64,000 nt of DNA from an uncultured bacterium. Its GTDB lineage: Bacteria > Patescibacteriota > Minisyncoccia > CAIUEV01. Below are positions 26,533-34,390 of the stretch, in pieces (the first letter of the stretch is position 1; every line of letters starts with the position of its first letter). A model generated the notes under the pieces. It was not told where the DNA came from, ran no database searches, and worked only from the letters and a program-made list of their open reading frames with translations. The stretch covers positions 78,969 through 142,968 of the forward strand of contig CALFZX010000016.1 in assembly GCA_937952315.1 (NCBI GenBank). The letters run 5' to 3'. A program made the position numbers and the translations under genes.

Positions 26533-28338
26533 TTATTTTTTGAATTTGAATTTATAGGGATAATGTTTAGTGTGTAGCAGTTTTTCCGCTTTGCGACTCA
26601 ACGGACGATAAAGAAAATCTCGATAAACTTGCTCTACCACCGGATTTTTATGAGATTCGCGAATGGCCATTTGCTTATCCGTATCATAAATGGCTTTAAT
26701 CCTAGCTTTTCTGATCGTATCATCTGTCGGTATCGGCTGTCCCCCGCCACCGATGCATCCACCCGGGCAAGCCATAATCTCAACAAAATCGTAAGGGCAT
26801 TTTTCTTTTAGCACTTTCTCCACTATTTTTCTGGCGTTTTCCAGTCCGTGAGCCACCGCTATTCGGATCTCTTTGCCGGCCAAATTTATGCTTGCTTCTT
26901 TTATCCATTTTATACCACGAACTTCTGAAAATTCCAATCGCGGAAAACTTTTTCCCGTTAAATAAAAATGAGCGGTTCTTAGGGCGGATTCGGTTACTCC
27001 TCCACTGGCGCCGAAAATAAGACCGGATCCGGAGGGTACTCCCAGCGCGGGATCAAAATCCGAGTCGGGCAATTCATTGAAGGGAATGCGAAAATTCTTA
27101 ATCAAATGGGCCAGTTCTCTCGTAGTGAGAACAAAATCAATATCTTTTTGGCCGTTATTACAAAATTCTCGACGATCAATTTCGTATTTTTTGGCAGTGC
27201 AGGGCATTATTGAAACAACCACAATTTTTTTCGGATTGAGACCGTTTTTTTTGGCATAATAATTTCTAATTAAGGAAGCTAACATAAGTTGAGGTGATTT
27301 TGCGGAAGAAAGATGAGGGAGAATAGCGGGATAGTGTTGCTCTGCAAAAAGCACCCAGGCCGGACAACAGCTGGTAAAAAGAGGTAAATGACAACTGCTA
27401 TTTTTATTTTTGACTATTTCCAAAAATTCGGAACCTTCTTCGACAATGGTAAAATCGGCGCCCGTGACTACATCAAAAATCGTATCGAAGCCGCATTTTC
27501 GGAGAGCGGTAACCATTTTACCGGTAACGACGGTGCCGGGCATAAGTCCGAACTCTTCCCCCAGGGTGACTCTAACTGAAGGAGCGACTTGAGCGATAAC
27601 AATTTTGTCCGGGTCTTTAATAGCCCTGACGACATCGACTAAATTACTTTTTTCTATAATGGCGCCGGTTGGGCAATGGAGAGCGCATTGTCCACAAAAA
27701 GTACACTCCAAGGGCGTGTAATTTTCAGTTCCGATGCCTAAATTGATACCTCTTTTTTGAGTGTTCAGAGCTTTAACCTTTTGAATTTCGTCACAAGCTT
27801 TAACACAGCGACGACATTCAATGCATTTCGTGCTTTCTCTGGCGATAGAAGGGTTTTCTCGATCAATAACTCGACGACTTAAGTTGTCTCGCAATCGTTC
27901 AAGAGCTTCTTCGCTTTTCATCTCGGCGACTTTCGGAACGAATCTAAACTCGTCAATCGAATATTTAACGGCTAAATCTTGGAGTTCGCAATCTTGATTA
28001 CGAAAACAGGTGGAACAAAGTCCGGCGTGCTCCATAAAGAGCATTTCCAAGAGAGTATTTCTGATTTTTGAAATATCTCCGTCGTCTGTTATAATTTCCA
28101 TCCCTTCCATTGTTTTAACAGAGCAACTGGGCACAAATTTAAAATCTTCATTTTCTCCAAAGCGAATTTTCACAAGACAAATTCGGCAATAAGCATTACT
28201 TTTTTCGAAATCGGGATGAGAGCAGAGAGTGGGAATTTCGAATCCGTTATCTTCCAGAAAATCAATTAAGCCGATGCCGATTTTTGACTCAAAAAATTTA
28301 CCGTTAACTTTGATTTTTGTTTTCTTTTTAATCTCCAT
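26533..28338 (-). CDS. [FeFe]-hydrogenase catalytic subunit (HydA-type, with N-terminal 2Fe-2S and 4Fe-4S ferredoxin domains).
   Basis: H-cluster signatures L1 FTSCCPAWV, L2 IMPCTAKKYE and L3 EIMACPGGCIGGGGQP. An N-terminal plant-type ferredoxin fold, and two 4Fe-4S motifs (CIECRRCVKACD, CTFCGQCALHCP). Confidence 0.85.
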   Translation of the reverse strand: MEIKKKTKIKVNGKFFESKIGIGLIDFLEDNGFEIPTLCSHPDFEKSNAYCRICLVKIRFGENEDFKFVPSCSVKTMEGMEIITDDGDISKIRNTLLEMLFMEHAGLCSTCFRNQDCELQDLAVKYSIDEFRFVPKVAEMKSEEALERLRDNLSRRVIDRENPSIARESTKCIECRRCVKACDEIQKVKALNTQKRGINLGIGTENYTPLECTFCGQCALHCPTGAIIEKSNLVDVVRAIKDPDKIVIAQVAPSVRVTLGEEFGLMPGTVVTGKMVTALRKCGFDTIFDVVTGADFTIVEEGSEFLEIVKNKNSSCHLPLFTSCCPAWVLFAEQHYPAILPHLSSAKSPQLMLASLIRNYYAKKNGLNPKKIVVVSIMPCTAKKYEIDRREFCNNGQKDIDFVLTTRELAHLIKNFRIPFNELPDSDFDPALGVPSGSGLIFGASGGVTESALRTAHFYLTGKSFPRLEFSEVRGIKWIKEASINLAGKEIRIAVAHGLENARKIVEKVLKEKCPYDFVEIMACPGGCIGGGGQPIPTDDTIRKARIKAIYDTDKQMAIRESHKNPVVEQVYRDFLYRPLSRKAEKLLHTKHYPYKFKFKK

Positions 28339-28350
28339 TTTTTTCTATGA

Positions 28351-29073
28351 TTAAGGCACTATTGTTTTCTCCGCTTCTTCGCTTTCATCCGACTCCTCTT
28401 CGAGTAAAGCTTCTTCTTCCTCAAGGGAGTCCAGCTCCTCCTCTGTCATCTTCTCTTCAGAATCAACCATTTCCGCCAGATAGTCTATTTTTGTCCATTT
28501 ATCATTAGTTTCATTGTAGCCGTATTCTTCGTAATAATAATCGAAAAATTTATCTTCTCCGCTGATCAGTTGCCAATCCTCCTCGCCCTCTTTATATTTA
28601 GCTAACTCTTTAAGTTTCGGTGCGTCACCGGAAAAATCTTCCACTTGATAGAGTGCTTTCATCCCACCAATTTCCGACTCGCTAGGAAAAATTTCCAAAT
28701 AAACAAAAGTGTTGCCAACAAAAGAAATGCCGGCGCTTGATATATCCCACTTATCATTTTTTGGCGGGAAAATCAATGTGTCCAGATTCTTTATTAAATA
28801 AGCGATTACCTTTTGTCTTTTATTTTCATCGGGTAATTCGTCAAGTTTTTTTTCTTCCTCCAGCGGTTCGGTGTCCTCTATCTCCACTTCTTCCGCATCG
28901 GCCTTGGATTGATCGGCCTGATTTTCCGACGGTGTTTGAAGCGATGGATTCTCTTGGTCTATCGGTTTATCTTGATTTTTATTTTTTACAGAATAGCCGA
29001 GCATTGCGAGACCGATGATCAAAACCGAAGCGCCGACCGACCAATAGATTTTTGAATTTTTAATTTTTTGCAT
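28351..29073 (-). CDS. Hypothetical membrane-anchored acidic protein.
   Basis: An N-terminal TM segment, a central domain, and a highly acidic E/D-rich C-terminus. Confidence 0.4.
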   Translation of the reverse strand: MQKIKNSKIYWSVGASVLIIGLAMLGYSVKNKNQDKPIDQENPSLQTPSENQADQSKADAEEVEIEDTEPLEEEKKLDELPDENKRQKVIAYLIKNLDTLIFPPKNDKWDISSAGISFVGNTFVYLEIFPSESEIGGMKALYQVEDFSGDAPKLKELAKYKEGEEDWQLISGEDKFFDYYYEEYGYNETNDKWTKIDYLAEMVDSEEKMTEEELDSLEEEEALLEEESDESEEAEKTIVP

Positions 29074-29100
29074 AATCTTATTTTAATTCTTATTTAAAAA

Positions 29101-30879
29101 CTAATCGAATTGTCTTTCCACCTCGTCTCTTTTTTTTCGTAAAAAATCGATCCAAGCTTCAAAAGCTCTGATAATAAATTTAAACGGGGCCTCTACCAAG
29201 AAATCTAAAATGAAAATAAAGACATTGATACGAGAAAACTTGACAGAAAGAAGACGACCAATGCGGACGAACGGCAGGAGAGCGGTATCGAAAATAAGAC
29301 TGAAAATACCTTCTTTATCCTTTGTGACTACCAAATCACGAGTTGATTGTCTGATTAAGGCGCCAAAAAAACTGACCGTACCGGTAAAAATAAGGAAGAT
29401 TAGGGTGGCGACAATGTTAAAATTCAAATAGCCGAGCAATTTTATCAGAAGATAAAGCACTGTAAAGAGCACTGTGATGTAAAATAAATCAAGCATCCTT
29501 TCCGCCCAAGCGCTCTCTCGGTCGGAGATATTTATCGTTTTTAGCTCCTCTTCCAGCTTTGCTCGATAAACGAGAGTGCTGACGCCTTTTAAAATTTCTT
29601 TGGTGTTTTCTTCGTCCGGTTTTCGGGCGGAAGAGGCGATCAAGCTTAGTAAGATCGGTGGAAAAAAGAGATTGATTGCAAGTGATTTGTATTCTATTGA
29701 TTTTGCTTTGAGCATCATTTCGTAGGGGACTTCCAAGAGTATGGCTACTATCATTTTCGTTAAAAAAACATAGAGAATCCCGCGACCGATTCTTTTTTTC
29801 AGTTTTTTGCTTTCCGCCAAGTAACGCAAATTGCATTTGTTTTTAACTTTATCCCAGAGCAGGTATTCTTGAAGGGTAACGGCGCGCGCCTCGGCCGGAT
29901 TGTCCATCACGGCTTCGTAGAAAAAAGCGGAGCAGAGCATATATTTTTTAATCGGGAAAAGAATTTTTGGCATCAAAGGATGCTCGGCGATAACTTCCAT
30001 TTCAAATCTCTTTCTTTTTAACAATTTTATGGCTTCTAAAATTTCATTTTCATTTTGTTCTTTCAGGCTGGTCCATTTGGGAAAATAAATATTGAAAACC
30101 AAGAACCTGATCATGGCGCGATCCGATTTTCGCAGATTACGGAAAACGGCCAAGTAAATTAGCAGATTTAGCAGTTTTTTTTCATCGAAAAAACAATTTT
30201 TTTGAGAAGCTTTTTTCTGCTCTCCCATTATAGAATTTTCAATCGGTTCGACTAGTGATCCAACGCCCAAATATTCTTCCGCTAAATTTTGAACCCCCTT
30301 GATTTTTGAGCCCGGTAGAGGGAACGGAGGACGACTTAAGTTGAACTTGATTTTTGGTCTTAAAGTCTCATAAATAGCATAAATTAGGGCCATTTTTTCT
30401 TTCTGAGGATTGATTTGGTTCTCGATCTCCTCAGAGGCTAAGGAAAAAAACCACCGTCTAATTTTTAAATTTTCAGTGGCACTTTTTATTCGGCTGTTAA
30501 TAATTTGCAAAGCTTTGAGGTATCGAGCGATTATGTTTTCTACTTTTTCAAACAGCTCGTCATTGGCGTCAGACTGATTGATGTGTCCGGCCATAACTAA
30601 TTCTTTGAAAAGCGCATAAGCCAGATCTCGTTTGGTTTTTCTTTGTTCGATGTCCACCAGTCTTTTTAGGATGCGATAAATGGTGGTTCTACGAAGTAAG
30701 TGCTCCTCTTTGTATTGGACGGCACTTCTAACTTTTTCATACCATAAAGCCATTTGACCGGCAATTTCAGAAGTTTCCATTCTAAAAATGGTCTGCCTGG
30801 AGGTATTTTTCTCTTGAGCCGTCTTTTCCACGACTTCAAGAAAATATTCAACGGAAGGATTAATAATTTCTTTTGTCAT
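29101..30879 (-). CDS. Large hypothetical protein: a cytoplasmic N-terminal domain of about 440 aa plus a C-terminal multi-TM region.
   Basis: 592-aa ORF with no recognisable catalytic motif. Four or more hydrophobic helices in the last 150 aa. Confidence 0.4.
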   Translation of the reverse strand: MTKEIINPSVEYFLEVVEKTAQEKNTSRQTIFRMETSEIAGQMALWYEKVRSAVQYKEEHLLRRTTIYRILKRLVDIEQRKTKRDLAYALFKELVMAGHINQSDANDELFEKVENIIARYLKALQIINSRIKSATENLKIRRWFFSLASEEIENQINPQKEKMALIYAIYETLRPKIKFNLSRPPFPLPGSKIKGVQNLAEEYLGVGSLVEPIENSIMGEQKKASQKNCFFDEKKLLNLLIYLAVFRNLRKSDRAMIRFLVFNIYFPKWTSLKEQNENEILEAIKLLKRKRFEMEVIAEHPLMPKILFPIKKYMLCSAFFYEAVMDNPAEARAVTLQEYLLWDKVKNKCNLRYLAESKKLKKRIGRGILYVFLTKMIVAILLEVPYEMMLKAKSIEYKSLAINLFFPPILLSLIASSARKPDEENTKEILKGVSTLVYRAKLEEELKTINISDRESAWAERMLDLFYITVLFTVLYLLIKLLGYLNFNIVATLIFLIFTGTVSFFGALIRQSTRDLVVTKDKEGIFSLIFDTALLPFVRIGRLLSVKFSRINVFIFILDFLVEAPFKFIIRAFEAWIDFLRKKRDEVERQFD

Positions 30880-30908
30880 TTATTTTTTAAAAGAGTTGAT
30901 TCGAAATG

Positions 30909-30980
30909 AGCCACCCATCGGAATCGAACCGATAACCTATTGTTTACAAAACAATTGCTCAACCATTGAGCTAGGGTGGC
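30909..30980 (-). tRNA. tRNA-Thr (anticodon UGU).
   Basis: Cloverleaf: acceptor GCCACCC/GGGTGGC, D-arm GCTC-AATGGTT-GAGC, anticodon stem ATTGT/ACAAT with loop TTTGTAA, T-arm ATCGG-TTCGATT-CCGAT. CCA is not encoded. Confidence 0.8.
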
Positions 30981-31040
30981 GTAAGGCCTACCACCTCACC
31001 TCAAGATTCTAAGCTAAAAATAAAAAAAGATAAAGTATTT

Positions 31041-31361
31041 TTATCTACTAAGAGCTTCAATTGCTTCAACTAAGCCTTCTTCCGATTGCAGACCTATTTT
31101 CCGGTCAACTTCTTTGCCGTCGAGAAAAAGCACGATCGTCGGGATAGACATGACTCCGAAGCGAGAGGCGATAGACTGGTTCTCGTCTACATTCAACTTA
31201 TACACTTTGGCTTTGCCTTCAAGCCTTTTGGCCAGTGACTCTAAAATTGGTCCCATGGCTTGACAGGGTCCGCACCAAGGAGCCCAAAAATCAACTATCG
31301 TTACCCCCTTCGATTCGACAACGGATTGATTAAAATCCTTTTCGTTAATTTCCAAAGACAT
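31041..31361 (-). CDS. trxA: Thioredoxin.
   Basis: WAPWCGPCQAMGPILE active site (WCGPC). 106 aa. Confidence 0.9.
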   Translation of the reverse strand: MSLEINEKDFNQSVVESKGVTIVDFWAPWCGPCQAMGPILESLAKRLEGKAKVYKLNVDENQSIASRFGVMSIPTIVLFLDGKEVDRKIGLQSEEGLVEAIEALSR

Positions 31362-31384
31362 AATTTTTTAGTTTAAAAATTAGT

Positions 31385-31741
31385 TCAACCTTTTAATAAA
31401 TCATCTATAGTTAGAACAATAGCGTAGCCCAACAGACCAATGACCAGCCCCACCACTCCGGCCGTTACCGCTTTTTTCGCTCTTTCTATATTTCTATACT
31501 CCCCCTGAGCTGTCAAGTAAAGAATCCCGGCTACAATGAAAGAGATAACCGCCAAAATGCCGAAAATACTGAGCAACCAATTGAGAACTCTCATCAACAC
31601 GGAGGCGATGGGGTGATCTTCTCCCGCACCCGGATCGGGCACTCCGCCTTTTCCCGACCAACCGTCAAAGATGCTTCCGTAGAGAAAGATTTTTCCTTTT
31701 AGTTTATCCGACCAGCGGACTATTTTATCCTTAATCTTCAT
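31385..31741 (-). CDS. VirB2/TrbC-like small membrane protein (pilin-like), paralog 1 of 5.
   Basis: A hydrophilic N-terminal region, then hydrophobic helix 1 (LLSIFGILAVISFIVAGILYLTAQGE), a short charged loop, and hydrophobic helix 2 (AGVVGLVIGLLGYAIVLTI). This is the same architecture as the four upstream paralogs. Confidence 0.45.
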   Translation of the reverse strand: MKIKDKIVRWSDKLKGKIFLYGSIFDGWSGKGGVPDPGAGEDHPIASVLMRVLNWLLSIFGILAVISFIVAGILYLTAQGEYRNIERAKKAVTAGVVGLVIGLLGYAIVLTIDDLLKG

Positions 31742-31767
31742 TTAAGCTGAATTAAAGTATTATTTTT

Positions 31768-32319
31768 TTATTGAACCATGTCGGGAGAAACGGGTAAAGC
31801 TCCTCCGCCCCCCGCTCCCGGACTGTACGGTCTTTGATAGCCACTGGCCGGATCATTCATGTTAACGGGATCTTGAGGAGTGGCCGAATCGTTTCCTCCG
31901 CCGGGACTGCTATCTTGATTCGGGCTGCCAGTATTTACACCGCGACCGGAGACGATAGAATCGATAGTTGAAACAGCGACAAACCCTAAAATTGACACGA
32001 TCACCCCAACTACCGCATAGAGAATGATTTTCTTAGCCTGTTCGATTTTGTCGCTTTCTCCCTGAGAAGTAAGGTAAATAAAGCCACCGTAAATAAAAAT
32101 TATAACGGCCAAAATCCCGATGAAAGTTATGGCCCAGTTGACAACGGAAGTCAAGATGGAAAAAAGGGAGCGATCGGTTAGGCCGGTTACTTTCAGTGAT
32201 CCCGGGTCCCATCCGTCGGCCCCGGCCTCCTTGAATAAAAGAAAAAGCAAACAAATAAAAAATAAAGAAGATATATTAACAATAGATTTTTTAGCTAAAT
32301 TTTTTTTCTCTTTTTCCAT
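31768..32319 (-). CDS. VirB2/TrbC-like small membrane protein, paralog 2 of 5, with a Pro/Gly-rich C-terminal extension.
   Basis: Core AITFIGILAVIIFIYGGFIYLTSQGESDKIEQAKKIILYAVVGVIVSILGFVAVSTI. A 60-aa low-complexity tail (SPNQDSSPGGGNDS...PGAGGGGALP). Confidence 0.45.
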   Translation of the reverse strand: MEKEKKNLAKKSIVNISSLFFICLLFLLFKEAGADGWDPGSLKVTGLTDRSLFSILTSVVNWAITFIGILAVIIFIYGGFIYLTSQGESDKIEQAKKIILYAVVGVIVSILGFVAVSTIDSIVSGRGVNTGSPNQDSSPGGGNDSATPQDPVNMNDPASGYQRPYSPGAGGGGALPVSPDMVQ

Positions 32320-32346
32320 TTGTTTTTTTAAATGTTTTTAAAAATT

Positions 32347-32640
32347 TCAGATGAATAATTTTGCTACAAAAAACAGAAAAATTGATAAAAGAATCATCCC
32401 GAAGGAAAGAAACAATGAATTATGGGCTTGGATCATTCTATCCTCATCGCCCGCTCCCAAAAAATAGGAAAAAAGAGTGATGAAAAGCATAACTGTTCCA
32501 ATGCCACCGACAAAGACAGAAACGGCCAAAAGAAACGGGGAAATAAACTCCGCTCGCGAAGAAGAAGCGGAAATCGAAGGAACACTTACATCCGCTTCTC
32601 TAAAATTATTACCGATAATTTCAAATAAAAAACTGAGCAT
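32347..32640 (-). CDS. VirB2/TrbC-like small membrane protein, divergent paralog 3 of 5.
   Basis: VFVGGIGTVMLFITLFSYFLGAGDEDRMIQAHNSLFLSFGMILLSIFLFFV. Same helix-loop-helix layout, with GxGDE in the loop. Confidence 0.4.
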   Translation of the reverse strand: MLSFLFEIIGNNFREADVSVPSISASSSRAEFISPFLLAVSVFVGGIGTVMLFITLFSYFLGAGDEDRMIQAHNSLFLSFGMILLSIFLFFVAKLFI

Positions 32641-32669
32641 TTAAATTTTTTCTATTTATTTCGCTAAAA

Positions 32670-33017
32670 TTAGGATCCTTGATTACCTTGAGTGATCATC
32701 TGGACAGTGTAGACGGCGACAAAGCCTAACATGGCTACAACCAAACCGACAATAGCGTAGGTCATGGCATTTTTCGCTTTTGTGACTTTTGCTTCGTCAC
32801 CGGCGGCGGTCATATACATAAAACCTGCATAAATAAACATAATAACTCCTAGAACTCCAATTGCCGTGATGGCGAAATTGATAAATTTCAAAGCCATGTC
32901 GAAAATCGATCCTTTGGCTATTCCAGGGGCTTGGCTCGCTACGCTGGTAAGACCCGCCTGAGCTACGGGAACAAATCCCAAGTACTTTCTGGCACTTTTT
33001 TCTTTTTCGTGATTCAT
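32670..33017 (-). CDS. VirB2/TrbC-like small membrane protein, paralog 4 of 5.
   Basis: ITAIGVLGVIMFIYAGFMYMTAAGDEAKVTKAKNAMTYAIVGLVVAMLGFVAV. About 70% identical to paralog 5 over the core. Confidence 0.5.
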   Translation of the reverse strand: MNHEKEKSARKYLGFVPVAQAGLTSVASQAPGIAKGSIFDMALKFINFAITAIGVLGVIMFIYAGFMYMTAAGDEAKVTKAKNAMTYAIVGLVVAMLGFVAVYTVQMITQGNQGS

Positions 33018-33042
33018 TTTTTTTCAATAAATTATTAAAAAA

Positions 33043-33372
33043 TTATTTAGTAATCATATCAATCGTCTTGACGACCACAAATCCCATTAAAGAAACGATT
33101 ATACCTACGATGGCATATGTCATAGTGCTTTTGGCTTTACTGATCTTCGATTCGTCTCCGCTGGCCGTTAAGTACATAAAGCCGGCGTAAATGAAAATTA
33201 TAACAGCCAAGACACCAATAGCGGTAATGGAAAAATCAATAAATTTAGTTGCTATTGTAAAAAAATTACCTCTTGGCATCTCAACATCATCCAAACCATC
33301 ACCAAATCCAGCTTGGGCGATCGGAAATAGCGATAATAGGTTTACAGTCCATTCCTCTCTTTTTGTTTTCAT
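33043..33372 (-). CDS. VirB2/TrbC-like small membrane protein, paralog 5 of 5.
   Basis: Signal-like N-terminus (LLSLFPIAQAGFG), then ITAIGVLAVIIFIYAGFMYLTASGDESKISKAKSTMTYAIVGIIVSLMGFVVV. This matches the VirB2/TrbC pilin two-helix core. Confidence 0.5.
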   Translation of the reverse strand: MKTKREEWTVNLLSLFPIAQAGFGDGLDDVEMPRGNFFTIATKFIDFSITAIGVLAVIIFIYAGFMYLTASGDESKISKAKSTMTYAIVGIIVSLMGFVVVKTIDMITK

Positions 33373-33450
33373 TTTTTTTGTTTAAAAATTTTTAATAATT
33401 ATTTCTTCTGCAAAAAATTGGCAAAAAAGATAATTATTAAAAATCGATCT

Positions 33451-33477
33451 GGTCTCGGGCTTTAAAAACCCGAGACC
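33451..33477 (-). terminator. Strong hairpin terminator after the KH-protein gene, separating it from the pilin-like array.
   Basis: A 9-bp perfect stem GGTCTCGGG/CCCGAGACC with loop ctttaaaaa. On the minus strand a T-tract follows. Confidence 0.55.
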
Positions 33478-33490
33478 AAGCTTTCGATTT

Positions 33491-33847
33491 CTAAAGTTTC
33501 AAGTCACTAACTACTTCGTCAATTTCACGATTGCTGTTCTCTTCTGAGGGTTTTTCCTCTCGAACAGTGTCCTTGTCCTCTCTTCTTGGTCGGCGACCAC
33601 CTTCTGGCTCGCTAATCTTTAAGTTCACTCGAGCATTGTTTCGTGCTCCCACCACTCGAAGAAGAGTTCTTAAAGCTTTGGCCGTGCTTCCGTCTCGACC
33701 AATAACCATTCCCATGTCCTCGGGATGAACGCTGAGAGTCACTAAAACTCCCATTTCGTCGACTCTTCTTTCCGCTTTTACTTCTTCCGGGTGGTCGACG
33801 ATGGATTTAACCACGAACTCCACAAATTCGGCGTCTTTCGGTGTCAT
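33491..33847 (-). CDS. KH-domain RNA-binding protein (KhpA/YlqC-like).
   Basis: VIGRDGSTAKALRTLLRVVGARNNARVNLKI matches the KH GXXG core of the KhpA family. A charged C-terminal tail. Confidence 0.7.
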   Translation of the reverse strand: MTPKDAEFVEFVVKSIVDHPEEVKAERRVDEMGVLVTLSVHPEDMGMVIGRDGSTAKALRTLLRVVGARNNARVNLKISEPEGGRRPRREDKDTVREEKPSEENSNREIDEVVSDLKL

Positions 33848-33929
33848 CTTGTCAAATTTAAGGATTAAATTTATCTGACTTATATAATAAAATTAAATGA
33901 CTATTTTTTACCTGTCAAAATATTTTGGC

Positions 33930-34382
33930 TTATTTTATGAAAACACAGTAAGAATCATTGCCGGCCGGCCCACCCGTGTCGGTATTGGCGCATTGAGTAC
34001 CTTCCAATAAGCAAGTGGCGCATATTCGATAGAGCCCGTAATTTGGCGCCCCGGTGCAATTGCAGGTAGTGCAATTGCAGAGAGTGTAGACCGTCGATCC
34101 GTCTTCTTGATTAGATACATTGTCAATCAATTGAGCGCTTACCAAAGAATTCATCATAGTTGACCAATTATCCATAGTTGGCCAAGTTCCCTTCATCGAA
34201 TAATACATGGAAAGAGACCCTCTGACATTTTCTACATTGGACATTCTCCTAGTGTCTTTTGCGTTCTTCTGTGATCTTGAAAAAGAAGTAATCATAAGAG
34301 CGGTCAGAATACCGATTATTGCGATAACAACGAGCATTTCAATTAGGGTGAACGCTGATTTTTGTTTTTTTGTTTTTGTCAT
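33930..34382 (-). CDS. Type IV pilin/pseudopilin with a Cys-rich C-terminal domain.
   Basis: Class III signal with the N-methylation motif KSAFTLIEMLVVIAIIGILTAL. 8 Cys in the last 50 aa (CNCTTCNCTG...CATC...QC...YC). The gene starts 8 nt after the rpoD stop. Confidence 0.75.
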   Translation of the reverse strand: MTKTKKQKSAFTLIEMLVVIAIIGILTALMITSFSRSQKNAKDTRRMSNVENVRGSLSMYYSMKGTWPTMDNWSTMMNSLVSAQLIDNVSNQEDGSTVYTLCNCTTCNCTGAPNYGLYRICATCLLEGTQCANTDTGGPAGNDSYCVFIK

Positions 34383-34390
34383 TTTTAAAA

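Noticed and set aside
26533-28338. The hydrogenase ORF was considered as a NuoG or formate dehydrogenase homolog.
   Set aside because: All three H-cluster motifs (TSCCPxW, MPCxxKxxE, ExMACxxGCxxGGGxP) are present, which are specific to [FeFe] hydrogenases.
31385-33372. The five small two-helix proteins were considered as phage holins or bacteriocin immunity proteins.
   Set aside because: They have signal-peptide-like N-termini and form a five-fold tandem paralog array, which fits pilin-like proteins better. There are no neighbouring lysis or bacteriocin genes. This remains an alternative if HMM searches fail.
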